DNA of 38,856 nt from a virus (lineage: Duplodnaviria > Caudoviricetes): positions 1-38,856 of IMG/VR virus record IMGVR_UViG_3300035433_000019; one strand, 5' to 3'. A model generated the notes under the pieces. That model made no database searches, had not been told where the DNA came from, and worked only from the letters and a program-made list of their open reading frames with translations. Below, piece after piece: positions 17,094 through 26,021 of the stretch. The position numbers and the translations under genes are program-made. The stretch's first letter is position 1, and every line of letters begins with the position of its first letter.

Positions 17094-18404
17094 ATGCCCC
17101 GCACCCCCGCCCGCATCTCGGTCAATCCGCTGCCGCCGCAAGAGGCGCTGGCCTTCTGGCGCGGCAAGGTGCCGGTCACGCCCGAAGCCTTCCGGGCCAT
17201 GGCAGACGCGGCCCGCACGCGGGCCTTTGCCGTTTCCGGCATGGCCCGGCTGGACCGGGTGGCGGCGCTGCAAACGGCGCTGGCCGATGCGCTGGAGAAA
17301 GGGGAATCGCTGGCCACGTTCAAGGGCCGCATCGGCGAGATACTGCAAGAGCAGGGCTGGTCCGGCACTGCGTGGCGGGTGGAAAACCTGTTCCGCACCA
17401 ACGTGCAGCAGGCGTATCAGGCCGGGCGCTACGCCCAGCAGCGGGCCACGGTGCAGGACCGCCCCTTCTGGCAGTACGACGCCGTGGGCGACCGGCGCAC
17501 CCGGCCAAGCCATGCCGCGCTGGACGGCATGGTCTACCCGGCGGACCACGAATTCTGGAACGCCAACTACCCGCCCAACGGCTTCCGCTGCCGGTGCGGG
17601 GTCCGTTCGCTGTCGCGGCGGCAGGTGGAGCGCGAAGGGTTGACCGTGCGGCGCGACATGCCCGGCCCCACGGTATGGACGGACCCGGCCACCGGCATGG
17701 AGCACTTCGTGGCCATGCCCGGCGCGGACAGGGGCTTTGCCGTCAACCCCGGTCGGGACTGGCTGGCGGGGCTGGCCCCCGGCCCGCTCGATGACGGCAC
17801 GGTCGCCTTTCCCCCGGCCCTCGTGCTGTGCAGGCGCGGCGGCCCCGCCTTTGCGGACCCCGGCCAGAAGGACGACCCGTGCCGCCCCCCGCTGGCCAAG
17901 CTGGATCCCCGCCACATCCTGCCCGTGACCAACGCAGACATCCTGCCGCGCGGCCTTGCCCCGGCGGACTACGTGCTGGCCTTCCTGAAGGAATTCGGCC
18001 TGACGGACATCCACGCCAGCACGGCCATCCGCCTGCCGGGCGTGAAGCTGCCCGTGGTCATCGGCAAGGGGCTGTTCATCGACAAGGCCACCGGCGACTG
18101 GAAGCTCTCCAAGAACGCCCGCGACCAGCACGTGCTGTTGCTGGCCCGCACCATCAAATCCCCGTGGGAGATCTGGCAGGTGCCCGCCAAACTGTCGGGC
18201 AAGGCATGCACGACGCTCCGGATGATCCGGCTGTTTCGGGACGGCGAAAAGCAGGTGGGGGGATTCGGCGTGTGCAACCTGGTCAACGGGCGGGGCTGGG
18301 TGGGCACCACGGCCTTCATGCCCAAGGCAGACAGGTCGGAGCGGAGAATACTGGAATACCTCGAAGCCCAGCGCACCGGGGTGCTGCTGTACCGCGAACC
18401 CTGA
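17094..18404 (+). CDS. MuF (gp30) minor head protein with C-terminal PBECR-like nuclease extension
   Basis: RAFAVSG, FRTNVQQAYQAGR, DRRTRPSH, YPPNGFRCRC = MuF; an additional C-terminal region with TIKSPWEIW, GWVGTTAF, YLEAQRTGVLLYR resembles PBECR2. Confidence 0.85.
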   Translation: MPRTPARISVNPLPPQEALAFWRGKVPVTPEAFRAMADAARTRAFAVSGMARLDRVAALQTALADALEKGESLATFKGRIGEILQEQGWSGTAWRVENLFRTNVQQAYQAGRYAQQRATVQDRPFWQYDAVGDRRTRPSHAALDGMVYPADHEFWNANYPPNGFRCRCGVRSLSRRQVEREGLTVRRDMPGPTVWTDPATGMEHFVAMPGADRGFAVNPGRDWLAGLAPGPLDDGTVAFPPALVLCRRGGPAFADPGQKDDPCRPPLAKLDPRHILPVTNADILPRGLAPADYVLAFLKEFGLTDIHASTAIRLPGVKLPVVIGKGLFIDKATGDWKLSKNARDQHVLLLARTIKSPWEIWQVPAKLSGKACTTLRMIRLFRDGEKQVGGFGVCNLVNGRGWVGTTAFMPKADRSERRILEYLEAQRTGVLLYREP

Positions 18405-18441
18405 AACGAAAACGGCCCGGAAGTCACGCGGCCTTCCGGGC
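18405..18441 (-). terminator. intrinsic terminator on minus strand
   Basis: Minus strand reads GCCCGGAAG-gccgcgtga-CTTCCGGGC followed by cgTTTTcgTTT. Confidence 0.55.
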
Positions 18442-18544
18442 AGGCGGCACCCTTGCTTACGACCCCTGCTCGGTCAGGGCATTCAGGGTACGCCGCCACG
18501 ACATTTCCACCTTTTCGATAACGCGCCACGCACAAGGAGTCAAC

Positions 18545-19525
18545 ATGCCCACCCCCAACGCCGCACAGGACGCCGCCCCCCGCGCCAACCCGTGGATCCG
18601 CATCGCCCGCACCGGCACGTGGACCGACAGCCAGGGCACGCCGCGCACCTTCACCAGCGCAGACTTCGACGCCATCGTCCGCAACTACGACCCGCAGCAG
18701 GAAGAAGCCCCGCTGGTCATCGGCCACCCGGAAACCGATTCCCCGGCCTACGGCTGGGTGCGGGCGCTGCGCCGCACCGGGGCCGATCTGTTCGCACAGC
18801 TCGCACAGGTTCCGGAAACAGTGCGCGAGGTCGTGCAGAGTGGCTCCTATCGGTACGTGTCCATGGCCCTGCACCCCGGCGGCAAGCGCCTGCGGCACGT
18901 GGGCCTGCTGGGCGGCGTGCCGCCCGCCATCAAGGGGCTGGGGCCGGTGCAGCTTGGCGACGGCTCGGACGCCATTGTCATCCGCTTTGCCGCCCACACC
19001 CCCGAACACCCCGCACCCGGAGGAACCCGCATGGATATGGAAGATCTTCAGAAGCGCATTGGCGCGCTGGAACAGCAGGTCAACAGCCTGACCACGGCCA
19101 ACAACGAGCTGAAGGACAAGCTGGCCGCCAGCGACAAGGCCCGCGCCGACGCCGACACGGCCAGAACCGCCGCAGAGGAAGGCAAGGCCAGCGCCGAACA
19201 GGAATTCGCCGCCTACAGGGGCGAACAGGCCAAAGCCGCGCGCACGGCCCGGCTGGAACGCCTGACCGCCGATGGCAAGGTCACCCCCGGCGAGCACAAG
19301 GACATCCTTGCGCAGGTGGACGCCCTGTCCAAGGTGCCCGAACCCGTGGAGTTCAGCGACGGCGGCAAGGAAACGCTGGAGGAACGCTTCTGGAAGCAGC
19401 TGGAAGGCCGCACCCCCGCGCCGTTCCTGCAACCGGTTGCGCCGCCCGCCGGGGCTGGCCCGGCCTTCTCGGCCCCGACCGCTGCCGCTGCTGCCGCCCC
19501 CGTCGACCTTTCCCGCAAGATCTAG
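18545..19525 (+). CDS. prohead protease/scaffold (Mu gpI-like)
   Basis: ATG 18545 after AAGGAG; APLVIGHP, PAYGWV, YRYVS, LRHVGLLGGVPPAIKGL; coiled-coil C-half. Confidence 0.9.
   Translation: MPTPNAAQDAAPRANPWIRIARTGTWTDSQGTPRTFTSADFDAIVRNYDPQQEEAPLVIGHPETDSPAYGWVRALRRTGADLFAQLAQVPETVREVVQSGSYRYVSMALHPGGKRLRHVGLLGGVPPAIKGLGPVQLGDGSDAIVIRFAAHTPEHPAPGGTRMDMEDLQKRIGALEQQVNSLTTANNELKDKLAASDKARADADTARTAAEEGKASAEQEFAAYRGEQAKAARTARLERLTADGKVTPGEHKDILAQVDALSKVPEPVEFSDGGKETLEERFWKQLEGRTPAPFLQPVAPPAGAGPAFSAPTAAAAAAPVDLSRKI
19031..19525 (+). CDS. probable nested in-frame scaffold protein (Mu gpZ-like)
   Basis: Internal GGAGGA 19019-19024 before in-frame ATG 19031 at the start of the coiled coil. Confidence 0.6.
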   Translation: MDMEDLQKRIGALEQQVNSLTTANNELKDKLAASDKARADADTARTAAEEGKASAEQEFAAYRGEQAKAARTARLERLTADGKVTPGEHKDILAQVDALSKVPEPVEFSDGGKETLEERFWKQLEGRTPAPFLQPVAPPAGAGPAFSAPTAAAAAAPVDLSRKI

Positions 19526-19543
19526 CCGCAAGGAGGCACCCCC

Positions 19544-19891
19544 ATGACCCTGAACGAAGGCGTGCTCGGCACCTTTTCCTTCAAGGGCGACCACGCCCAC
19601 ACCATGGACCACCCACCGGTGCTGTGCAGCGGCGCGGTGAAGCAGAACAACGGCATCTATCCCGCCGGGCTGGTGCTGATGCGCGACGGCGACGGCAAGC
19701 TGGTGCCGTGGGATGGCGCGGCCACCCCCACCGGGGTGTGCGACCTGCCGTGCGACACCGCCACCCTGCCCACGTGCGTCTATCTGGCCCACGGCACCGT
19801 GCGGGCCGCCGTGCTGACCAAGGCTGGCGGCGCGGCGCTGACCGCCACGGAAACCGCCCTGCTCGCGCAGGCCACCATCCATTCCGTCTAG
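19544..19891 (+). CDS. head decoration protein (lambda gpD-like)
   Basis: YPAGLVL..DGKLVPWDG..GV..VYLAHGTV pattern; lies between scaffold and capsid. Confidence 0.75.
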   Translation: MTLNEGVLGTFSFKGDHAHTMDHPPVLCSGAVKQNNGIYPAGLVLMRDGDGKLVPWDGAATPTGVCDLPCDTATLPTCVYLAHGTVRAAVLTKAGGAALTATETALLAQATIHSV

Positions 19892-19900
19892 GAGATTCCC

Positions 19901-20905
19901 ATGCTGCTTTCGCTCAAGAACATCTTCACCCCGCAGGCCATCGCGGCCACGCTGACCAAGCTGCCCGACCTTGCCACCACGGTGCTGGACACCGCCTTTC
20001 CCGACCGGCCCACCCACCCCTTTGCCGTGGTGGGCGTGGGCGAACTGACCCGCATCGTGGGCACCGTGCCCGTGGTGCGGCGCGGCGGCCAGCCCGTGGC
20101 CGTGGGCGGCGAAGGGTACGACGTGCAGCTCATCGCGCCCAAGCCGGTCAAGCCGTCCATCGAAGTGACGGCGGCGGAACTGAACGACCTCAGGCTGATC
20201 CTCGGCAACGCCGCCGCGCTGGAAACGTGGCGCACCAGCAAGGTGGATTCGCTGCGCCGCCTGGTGCGCGACACCACCGAGGCCATGGCCTCGGTGGTGC
20301 TGTACACCGGCAAGGTGAACTGGCCCTCGCGCATCGATGGCGGCGGGCACGAAAGCTACGTCATCGACTACGGCCCGGTGCTCACCCACACCCCGGCGGC
20401 CATGCTGACCGACGATTCCAAGGCCAGCGCGGCCTACAAGCTGCTGCTGGCCATGCGCACGGCCATCCGTCAGGCGGGCATCGGCGGCAAGGTGGCGTTC
20501 CATGCCGGGTCCGATGTCTTCTCGGTGCTGCTGGACATCTGCCAGGCGTGGACCAGCACCGCCGACAGCGGGCAGGGCCTGCGCGTGGAAATCGGCCAGG
20601 AGCAGGGCAAGCTGGTCATCGGCGGCTTTGCCGTCACCCTCATGGACGAGGCCTACCCCCATCCCGTCAGCGGCGAGTGGACCAACAAGCTGGAGCCCAA
20701 GGCGCTGGTGGCCTACGCCACCGATGCGCCCGGCAAGGTCTGGTACTGCGCCATCGACTCCATCAGCGCGGCCAACGCGGCCACGCCGTTCTACGTGGTG
20801 CCGGAGCCGCTGCCCGGCGATTCGGGCTTCCGCCTCATCGCCCAGTCCAAGCCGTTGCCTGCCCGCAACCCGAAGACCATCTGCAAGGCCATTGTCGTTG
20901 ATTAG
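19901..20905 (+). CDS. major capsid protein (lambda gpE-like)
   Basis: 334 aa, position, PVVRRG and C-terminal QSKPLP motif. Confidence 0.85.
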   Translation: MLLSLKNIFTPQAIAATLTKLPDLATTVLDTAFPDRPTHPFAVVGVGELTRIVGTVPVVRRGGQPVAVGGEGYDVQLIAPKPVKPSIEVTAAELNDLRLILGNAAALETWRTSKVDSLRRLVRDTTEAMASVVLYTGKVNWPSRIDGGGHESYVIDYGPVLTHTPAAMLTDDSKASAAYKLLLAMRTAIRQAGIGGKVAFHAGSDVFSVLLDICQAWTSTADSGQGLRVEIGQEQGKLVIGGFAVTLMDEAYPHPVSGEWTNKLEPKALVAYATDAPGKVWYCAIDSISAANAATPFYVVPEPLPGDSGFRLIAQSKPLPARNPKTICKAIVVD

Positions 20906-21031
20906 GCGCTACGTCCTTTTGCCCACCGGCTGCGTCAGGCCACGCCGCGCGCTGCGGTCACGTACCAAAAAAGTACGCTCCCTCGCTCGCGGCGGACCTT
21001 CCTTGCCGGTGAACAAAATCCCTGTAGCGCC
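20905..21031 (+). repeat. palindromic interspersed element, copy 2
   Basis: Outer imperfect IR GGCGCTAC..CACCGGC/GCCGGTG..GTAGCGCC; GCTGCGTCAGGC 20929-20940, CGTAC/GTACG apex, CCTTCCTTGCC 20997-21007. Confidence 0.7.
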
Positions 21032-21173
21032 CGACGGCGGGGCGACTTCCCGCACGCTACGGGTCGGCATCACGGATGGCGCTTGCGCCCGCCGGAAAGA
21101 CGAGGATCGAACACAGGCCCGCGCCAAACCCCTCACACTAGTCTGAAACCAGTCTGAAACCCCCGGAACGGCC

Positions 21174-21605
21174 ATGGAATACTGCACCCGCGAGCACATC
21201 ACAGACCTGTTGCTGGCCGACTACGTGGCCGTGGCCGAGGCGAAGAACCCCGGCATCGTGGAGCGCACCATCGCCGCCGTGTCCAGAGAGGTCACGGCCA
21301 TGCTGGTGTGGCGCTACGTTACCCCGCTGCCGGAGGTGCCGGAACTGCTGCGCTACATCACCTCGGTCATCGCGGCCTACCGCATCGTGCAGGCCATCAC
21401 CTCGCTGGTGGATACCGAGGGCAGCACGGACAACGAATGGATTCCGCTGCAACGGCAATGGAAGCACGTGACCACCATGCTGAACGACCTTGTGGACGGG
21501 CGGCTGAAGCTGCCGCCCCCGGCGGTGGAACTGAACCCCGACCGCGAGGAAGCCAGCGTGGCCGTGGTCACCCGGCCCCCGCTCTTCGATCTGAGGAGGT
21601 TCTGA
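21174..21605 (+). CDS. head-tail connector (Mu gp36/DUF1320)
   Basis: YCTREHI, RYVTPL..VPELL..IAAYRI, LVDGRLKL motifs. Confidence 0.85.
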   Translation: MEYCTREHITDLLLADYVAVAEAKNPGIVERTIAAVSREVTAMLVWRYVTPLPEVPELLRYITSVIAAYRIVQAITSLVDTEGSTDNEWIPLQRQWKHVTTMLNDLVDGRLKLPPPAVELNPDREEASVAVVTRPPLFDLRRF

Positions 21606-22051
21606 TGGGCAAGACCGGCGTGACCCTGAACTGGGGCGGACTGGACCGGGTGGTGGGCGGCGCGGCGCGCAGCCTTGCCGACCGGCGCGGGCTGCTCCGG
21701 TCCGTGGGCGAAACCCTGGTGTCGTCCACGGTCAAGCGGTTCCGGGACGGGGAAAGCCCCGAAGGCGACCCGTGGAATCCTTCCGCGCGGGCGCAGCAGG
21801 AAGGCGGCGTGACGCTGGTGGATACCGCCCGGCTGCGCAACTCCATCGGCTACGCCACCACGGCCGACGCGGTTCTGGTGGGCACGTCGGTGGAATACGC
21901 GGCCATCCACCAGAAAGGCGGCCAGACCGGGCGCAACCATGCCGTGACCATGCCCGCCCGGCCCTTCATCGGCATTTCCGCCGAGGACAAGGCCGAAGTG
22001 GGCGACCTGCTGGCCAACCACATCGCCGCCGCGTTCGGAGGAAAGAGATGA
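21605..22051 (+). CDS. virion morphogenesis protein (Mu gpG / P2 gpS-like)
   Basis: RF..GESPEGDPW, LVDTARLRNSI, VGTSVEYAAIHQKGG, MPARPFIG. Confidence 0.9.
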   Translation: MGKTGVTLNWGGLDRVVGGAARSLADRRGLLRSVGETLVSSTVKRFRDGESPEGDPWNPSARAQQEGGVTLVDTARLRNSIGYATTADAVLVGTSVEYAAIHQKGGQTGRNHAVTMPARPFIGISAEDKAEVGDLLANHIAAAFGGKR

Positions 22052-22584
22052 GAACGCTGGCGCACGAGGTGATCCGGCAGGCGGCGGAAGCCGCCGGGCT
22101 GCCTGCCGACCGGGTGACCGGCCAGAGCGCCAAGGACAATGCCACGCTGCCCCGACCCCGCGTGGAGGTGCAGTACCTGACGGAAACATTCGCCCGCACC
22201 GGGCGCGTGCTGGACCGGCGGCGCGAGGTGACAGCCATTCCGCCGGTCCAGCGCACCAGGCGCGAACTGTACACCGTGCGCCTGCCCGTGGTGGCCCATG
22301 TGCTGGCCGACGACGAGGCATGGCTGGACGGCTTCTGCCCGGCCTTCGTGGCGGCGCTGCCGCGCGGGCTGAACGACGCGCGGGGCCTGTGGGTGGCGGT
22401 GCGCGTGCAGCGGGCGGAGTTTCAGGGCTACGCCGAGCGCCGCGTGGGCAACGCGGTGGTGGCCCCGTTCACCAAGCGTTCGCGCCTGTTCACCATCGAC
22501 TTCACATGGCGGGTGGCCACCGAAGAGGAGGTCCGCCTGCTGACCGACATCAACATCGTTCCCCACGTGGGAGGAGGCAACTGA
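22048..22584 (+). CDS. putative tail terminator/neck protein
   Basis: ATG 22048 overlapping previous stop; position before sheath. Confidence 0.6.
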   Translation: MRTLAHEVIRQAAEAAGLPADRVTGQSAKDNATLPRPRVEVQYLTETFARTGRVLDRRREVTAIPPVQRTRRELYTVRLPVVAHVLADDEAWLDGFCPAFVAALPRGLNDARGLWVAVRVQRAEFQGYAERRVGNAVVAPFTKRSRLFTIDFTWRVATEEEVRLLTDINIVPHVGGGN

Positions 22585-22585
22585 C

Positions 22586-22984
22586 ATGGCCAACACCGCG
22601 ACCAAGAGCGCGCCCAAGAGCACGCAGGGCAAGACGGACAAGACAACGGCGCAGGCCGCGCCCGACACCACGCAGACGCAGGCAACCGCCAGCGACACGC
22701 CGCAGCAGGCCGCCACTCCGCAGCAGGGCGGCCAGCAGGCCGACACAACCGAAAATGCCACCGCCGCGACCGATGGCGATGGCGCCGCAGCCACCACGAG
22801 GCAGGACCAGCCCGCGGCGACGCTGCATTCGCTGGACGAGCTGGCCACGCTGTACCGCGTGCCCAGTTGGCAGCAGGCGGCGCTGGCGCGCATGCAGGGC
22901 TGGGAGCCCGGCAAGCGCGTTGCCGCAGAAACCTACGAAGCGGCCCTGACCGCGCTGGGCGTGCGTCCGCAGGGCGGGCGTTAG
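22586..22984 (+). CDS. small tail-associated protein with T/A/Q-rich low-complexity N-terminus
   Basis: GGAGG SD; ordered C-terminal part (WQQAAL..GWEPGKRV..YEAAL). Confidence 0.65.
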   Translation: MANTATKSAPKSTQGKTDKTTAQAAPDTTQTQATASDTPQQAATPQQGGQQADTTENATAATDGDGAAATTRQDQPAATLHSLDELATLYRVPSWQQAALARMQGWEPGKRVAAETYEAALTALGVRPQGGR

Positions 22985-22999
22985 CCGCAAGGAGGCACC

Positions 23000-24688
23000 A
23001 TGGGCGACGTACTGGAATATCTTGTGGACGGCACGTCGGGCCTTGCGCCCGGCGGTGTAGACGGCACGGCCATGATCGTGGGCGTGTGCTCCGGGGGCCA
23101 GCCGGGCAAGGGCTACCTGCTGGGCAAACGCAGCGACCTTGCGGGCCTGCTGGGCGTGGGGCCGCTGGTGGATGCCCTGCGCGACATCTTCGCCACCGGG
23201 GGGCAGAACCCCGTGGTCATCGCCGTGCCGGTGGCCGGGCAGCCCGCCGGGTACATCTCGCCGGTGCGGCAAAGCGGCCCCGGCGCGGCCTGCGCCACCA
23301 GCGGCGTGCCGCAGGCCAACGCCGACGTGGTGGTGGAAGTGGTGGCCGACGGGGCCGTGGGCCTTGCGCCGGTGCGCATCTCTCCGGATGGGGGCGCGAC
23401 GTTCGGCAGCCAGCAGGCATCGGCAACGCAGGTCACCATCGCGGCCACCGGCGTCACCCTGACCTTTCCCGAAGACGGCGAGCTGAAGGCGGGCACCGCC
23501 TACCGGTTCACCGTGCGCACGGCGGTGGGTCCGGTGACGCGCATCGGCGGCGGCCCGCAGATCACGCTGGCGGGCACCCCCAGGGCAGAGGCGCAGCTGG
23601 TGCTGGAAGTGGTCAGCGGCGGCGCGCGCAATGAAGGCACCTACCGCCTGTCGCTGGACGGCGGGGACAACTACGGCGCGGTGCGCACCATTCCGGTGGA
23701 TGGCGCGGCCACGGCGGGCGACACCGGGGTGGCCATCACCTTTCCCGCTGGCGACTACCAGGGCGGCACCACCTACACGGCCACGTTGCAGGCCCCGGTG
23801 CCGTCCATCGTGGATGTGATGACCGCCATCGAACGCCCGCTGGAACTGTACGACGTGGAGTTCGTACACATCGTCGGCCCGTCCGACTCGGTGGACTGGG
23901 CGGCGGCGCAGGCCAAGGCCGACGAGCTGTGGAACCTGCACCGGCCCACCTACTTCAAGATGGAAAGCCGCCTGCCCCGCGACGGCGAGGACATCAACGA
24001 CTGGGTAGCCGTCATGCTGGCCGAGCGGGCCGCGTTTGCCGGGCGCTTCGTGCAGGTATGCACCCAGTACGGCGAGGTCAGCGATGCCACGGGCCAGCGC
24101 AAGCTGCGCAACTGGGGCGGATTGCAGGCGGGGCGGGTGCTGTCCATCCCCGTGCAGCGGGCCACCGGGCGCGTGCGCGACGGCGGCATATCGCAGGGCA
24201 CCCTGCCCGAAGGCTGGAACGAGGCGGTGCAGGCCGCGCTGGAAAAGGCGGGCTTTCTTACCGCAAAGGTCTACGCCGGGCTGCGCAGCGCCTACTGGGG
24301 CGATTCGCGCACCATGGCCGAGGTGACCAGCGACTTCCAGTACGAGGAAGTGCTGCGCGTGGTGTTCAAGGCCGTGCGCAAGCTGCGCATCGCGGCGCTG
24401 AAATCCATGTACGACGAACTGGGCGACCCGCTGGTGCCGGAAAACGCGGGCGGGCTGGAATACCTGCGCACCAACCTTGAAACCGCGCTGACCACCATGA
24501 CCGCCGCCGTGCCGCCGGAACTGGCCGCCTACGTGGTGGCCATCCCGCCGGGGCAGGACTACGTGAACAACGGGGTGGCCGTGGAAACAACGCTCATCGG
24601 CATCCCCATCATCCGGCAGATCAAGCTGTTCGCCAACTACGCCTACGCGGGCAGTTCGTTCGACCCGCGCCTGACGGCGGCAGCATAG
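23000..24688 (+). CDS. tail sheath protein (DUF2586-like)
   Basis: 562 aa; MGDVLEYLVDG, GPLVDAL, DFQYEEVLRVVFKAVR, IGIPIIRQI; followed by tube gene. Confidence 0.85.
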   Translation: MGDVLEYLVDGTSGLAPGGVDGTAMIVGVCSGGQPGKGYLLGKRSDLAGLLGVGPLVDALRDIFATGGQNPVVIAVPVAGQPAGYISPVRQSGPGAACATSGVPQANADVVVEVVADGAVGLAPVRISPDGGATFGSQQASATQVTIAATGVTLTFPEDGELKAGTAYRFTVRTAVGPVTRIGGGPQITLAGTPRAEAQLVLEVVSGGARNEGTYRLSLDGGDNYGAVRTIPVDGAATAGDTGVAITFPAGDYQGGTTYTATLQAPVPSIVDVMTAIERPLELYDVEFVHIVGPSDSVDWAAAQAKADELWNLHRPTYFKMESRLPRDGEDINDWVAVMLAERAAFAGRFVQVCTQYGEVSDATGQRKLRNWGGLQAGRVLSIPVQRATGRVRDGGISQGTLPEGWNEAVQAALEKAGFLTAKVYAGLRSAYWGDSRTMAEVTSDFQYEEVLRVVFKAVRKLRIAALKSMYDELGDPLVPENAGGLEYLRTNLETALTTMTAAVPPELAAYVVAIPPGQDYVNNGVAVETTLIGIPIIRQIKLFANYAYAGSSFDPRLTAAA

Positions 24689-24697
24689 GAGGGCACC

Positions 24698-25168
24698 ATG
24701 GCCGTCAACGGCAAGAACTACGACTGGGAAGACATCACCGTGCGCCTGCCGCAGGGCGAAACGGTGGGCATTACCGACATCAGCTACAAGGACGGCCAAG
24801 GCGTGGAACCGCGCTACGGGCGCGGGGCCACCGCGCGCGGCTATGGCCGCAAGAACTACGAGGCGTCGGGATCGTTCACGCTGGACCGCGACGAATTCGA
24901 GCGGCTGAAGAAGGAGATGGCCAGTTCCGGCGCGGGCGGTATCTACGACCACACGCCGTTCCCGGTGGTGGTCAGCTACGCCAACAGTGACCAGCCTACC
25001 ATTGTGGACACCCTGCCCGCGTGCAAGGTGACCAGCTTCGACACCTCGTCCGCCCAGGGCGACGACAACGCCGGGCAGGTGAAGTGCGAAATCACCATCC
25101 TCTCGCCCATCCTGTGGAACGGCGTGCCCGCCAAGGTGGACCGGAAGGTGAGCAGTTTGACGGGGTAA
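24698..25168 (+). CDS. tail tube protein
   Basis: NGKNYDWEDI, ISYKD, YGRG..GYGRKNYEASGS; follows sheath. Confidence 0.85.
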   Translation: MAVNGKNYDWEDITVRLPQGETVGITDISYKDGQGVEPRYGRGATARGYGRKNYEASGSFTLDRDEFERLKKEMASSGAGGIYDHTPFPVVVSYANSDQPTIVDTLPACKVTSFDTSSAQGDDNAGQVKCEITILSPILWNGVPAKVDRKVSSLTG

Positions 25169-25193
25169 GGGGGAGCAAGGAAGGAGAGAGATG

Positions 25194-25221
25194 AGAAAGG
25201 CCGGGGTGACCCGGCCTTTCT
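25194..25221 (+). terminator. intrinsic terminator-like hairpin after tail tube
   Basis: AGAAAGGCCGGG-gtga-CCCGGCCTTTCT 12-bp stem at the left edge of an AT-rich insert. Confidence 0.75.
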
Positions 25222-25299
25222 AACTGATTTATTATTTGCCATATGATATTTAAAAGTATGGGTGCTCCAGGGTAGGCTATTTGGAGAAACTGCCAAAAA

Positions 25300-25914
25300 A
25301 TGAGGTGGATTATGGTTTATCTTGTCAACTATGACCGCGAAGGGTTTTACACCATATCGAGCAGTGTTTTGGCGTGGCAATTCGATCTGCTCAAGTCCAT
25401 AGGACGGTGCAGGGCTTACTACAAAGAAATAAGGCCATTATTGGGCAACATAGAAGACGAAAGAATCAAGAATTACGCCACTCACACATGTAACAAAATG
25501 TTTTTGAGTTTTATTATTGATTGGTGCAAGATCTTTGGATCTGAAAACAACAAAACACACTGGAAAAAGTTATTCAAAAAACACTACACTACAGATGGAA
25601 CGCTAATATGCAAAGAGGATGCATATATCAATAAGGTTGAATCTGTCATATTTGCAGAATGCGGAATGGATTTGGATGGCTTTAAAAGGGCAAAGAAAAA
25701 AATGGTTAAGGCTCGTAATAAATTTGCTGCCCATGTAGACATCGGGGAAATTCCTGAAATGCCATATATGGATGTTCCTTATGGCATAGCACAAGCATTT
25801 TGCATATTCTTGTCTCACATAGAAGGTGATAATTTTGAGACTCTTGACGATCTTGCGGACATGTTTGAAGGTGAAGCAATGGCTTTTTTAAGAGCGCTGA
25901 ATTTGGAACAGTAG
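25300..25914 (+). CDS. HEPN domain protein (AbiU2-like), moron
   Basis: AT-rich; IIDWCKIF and ARNKFAAH (RxxxxH); ATG 25312 after GAGG is an alternative start. Confidence 0.72.
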   Translation: MRWIMVYLVNYDREGFYTISSSVLAWQFDLLKSIGRCRAYYKEIRPLLGNIEDERIKNYATHTCNKMFLSFIIDWCKIFGSENNKTHWKKLFKKHYTTDGTLICKEDAYINKVESVIFAECGMDLDGFKRAKKKMVKARNKFAAHVDIGEIPEMPYMDVPYGIAQAFCIFLSHIEGDNFETLDDLADMFEGEAMAFLRALNLEQ

Positions 25915-26021
25915 ACCACGATTGACAGTGAATGATGCGTGCGCAACTTACTTAGAAATTGTGCAAGCGAAGAATAGTACTTGCGCCATATCAGGCATGT
26001 TCTCCTGCAGGGGGATTCGAC

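Noticed and set aside
18405-18543. tRNA gene
   Set aside because: No cloverleaf, T-loop GTTCRA or CCA end on either strand
17828-18544. Upstream extension of the protease ORF
   Set aside because: Overlaps MuF in another frame; a clear SD sits before ATG 18545
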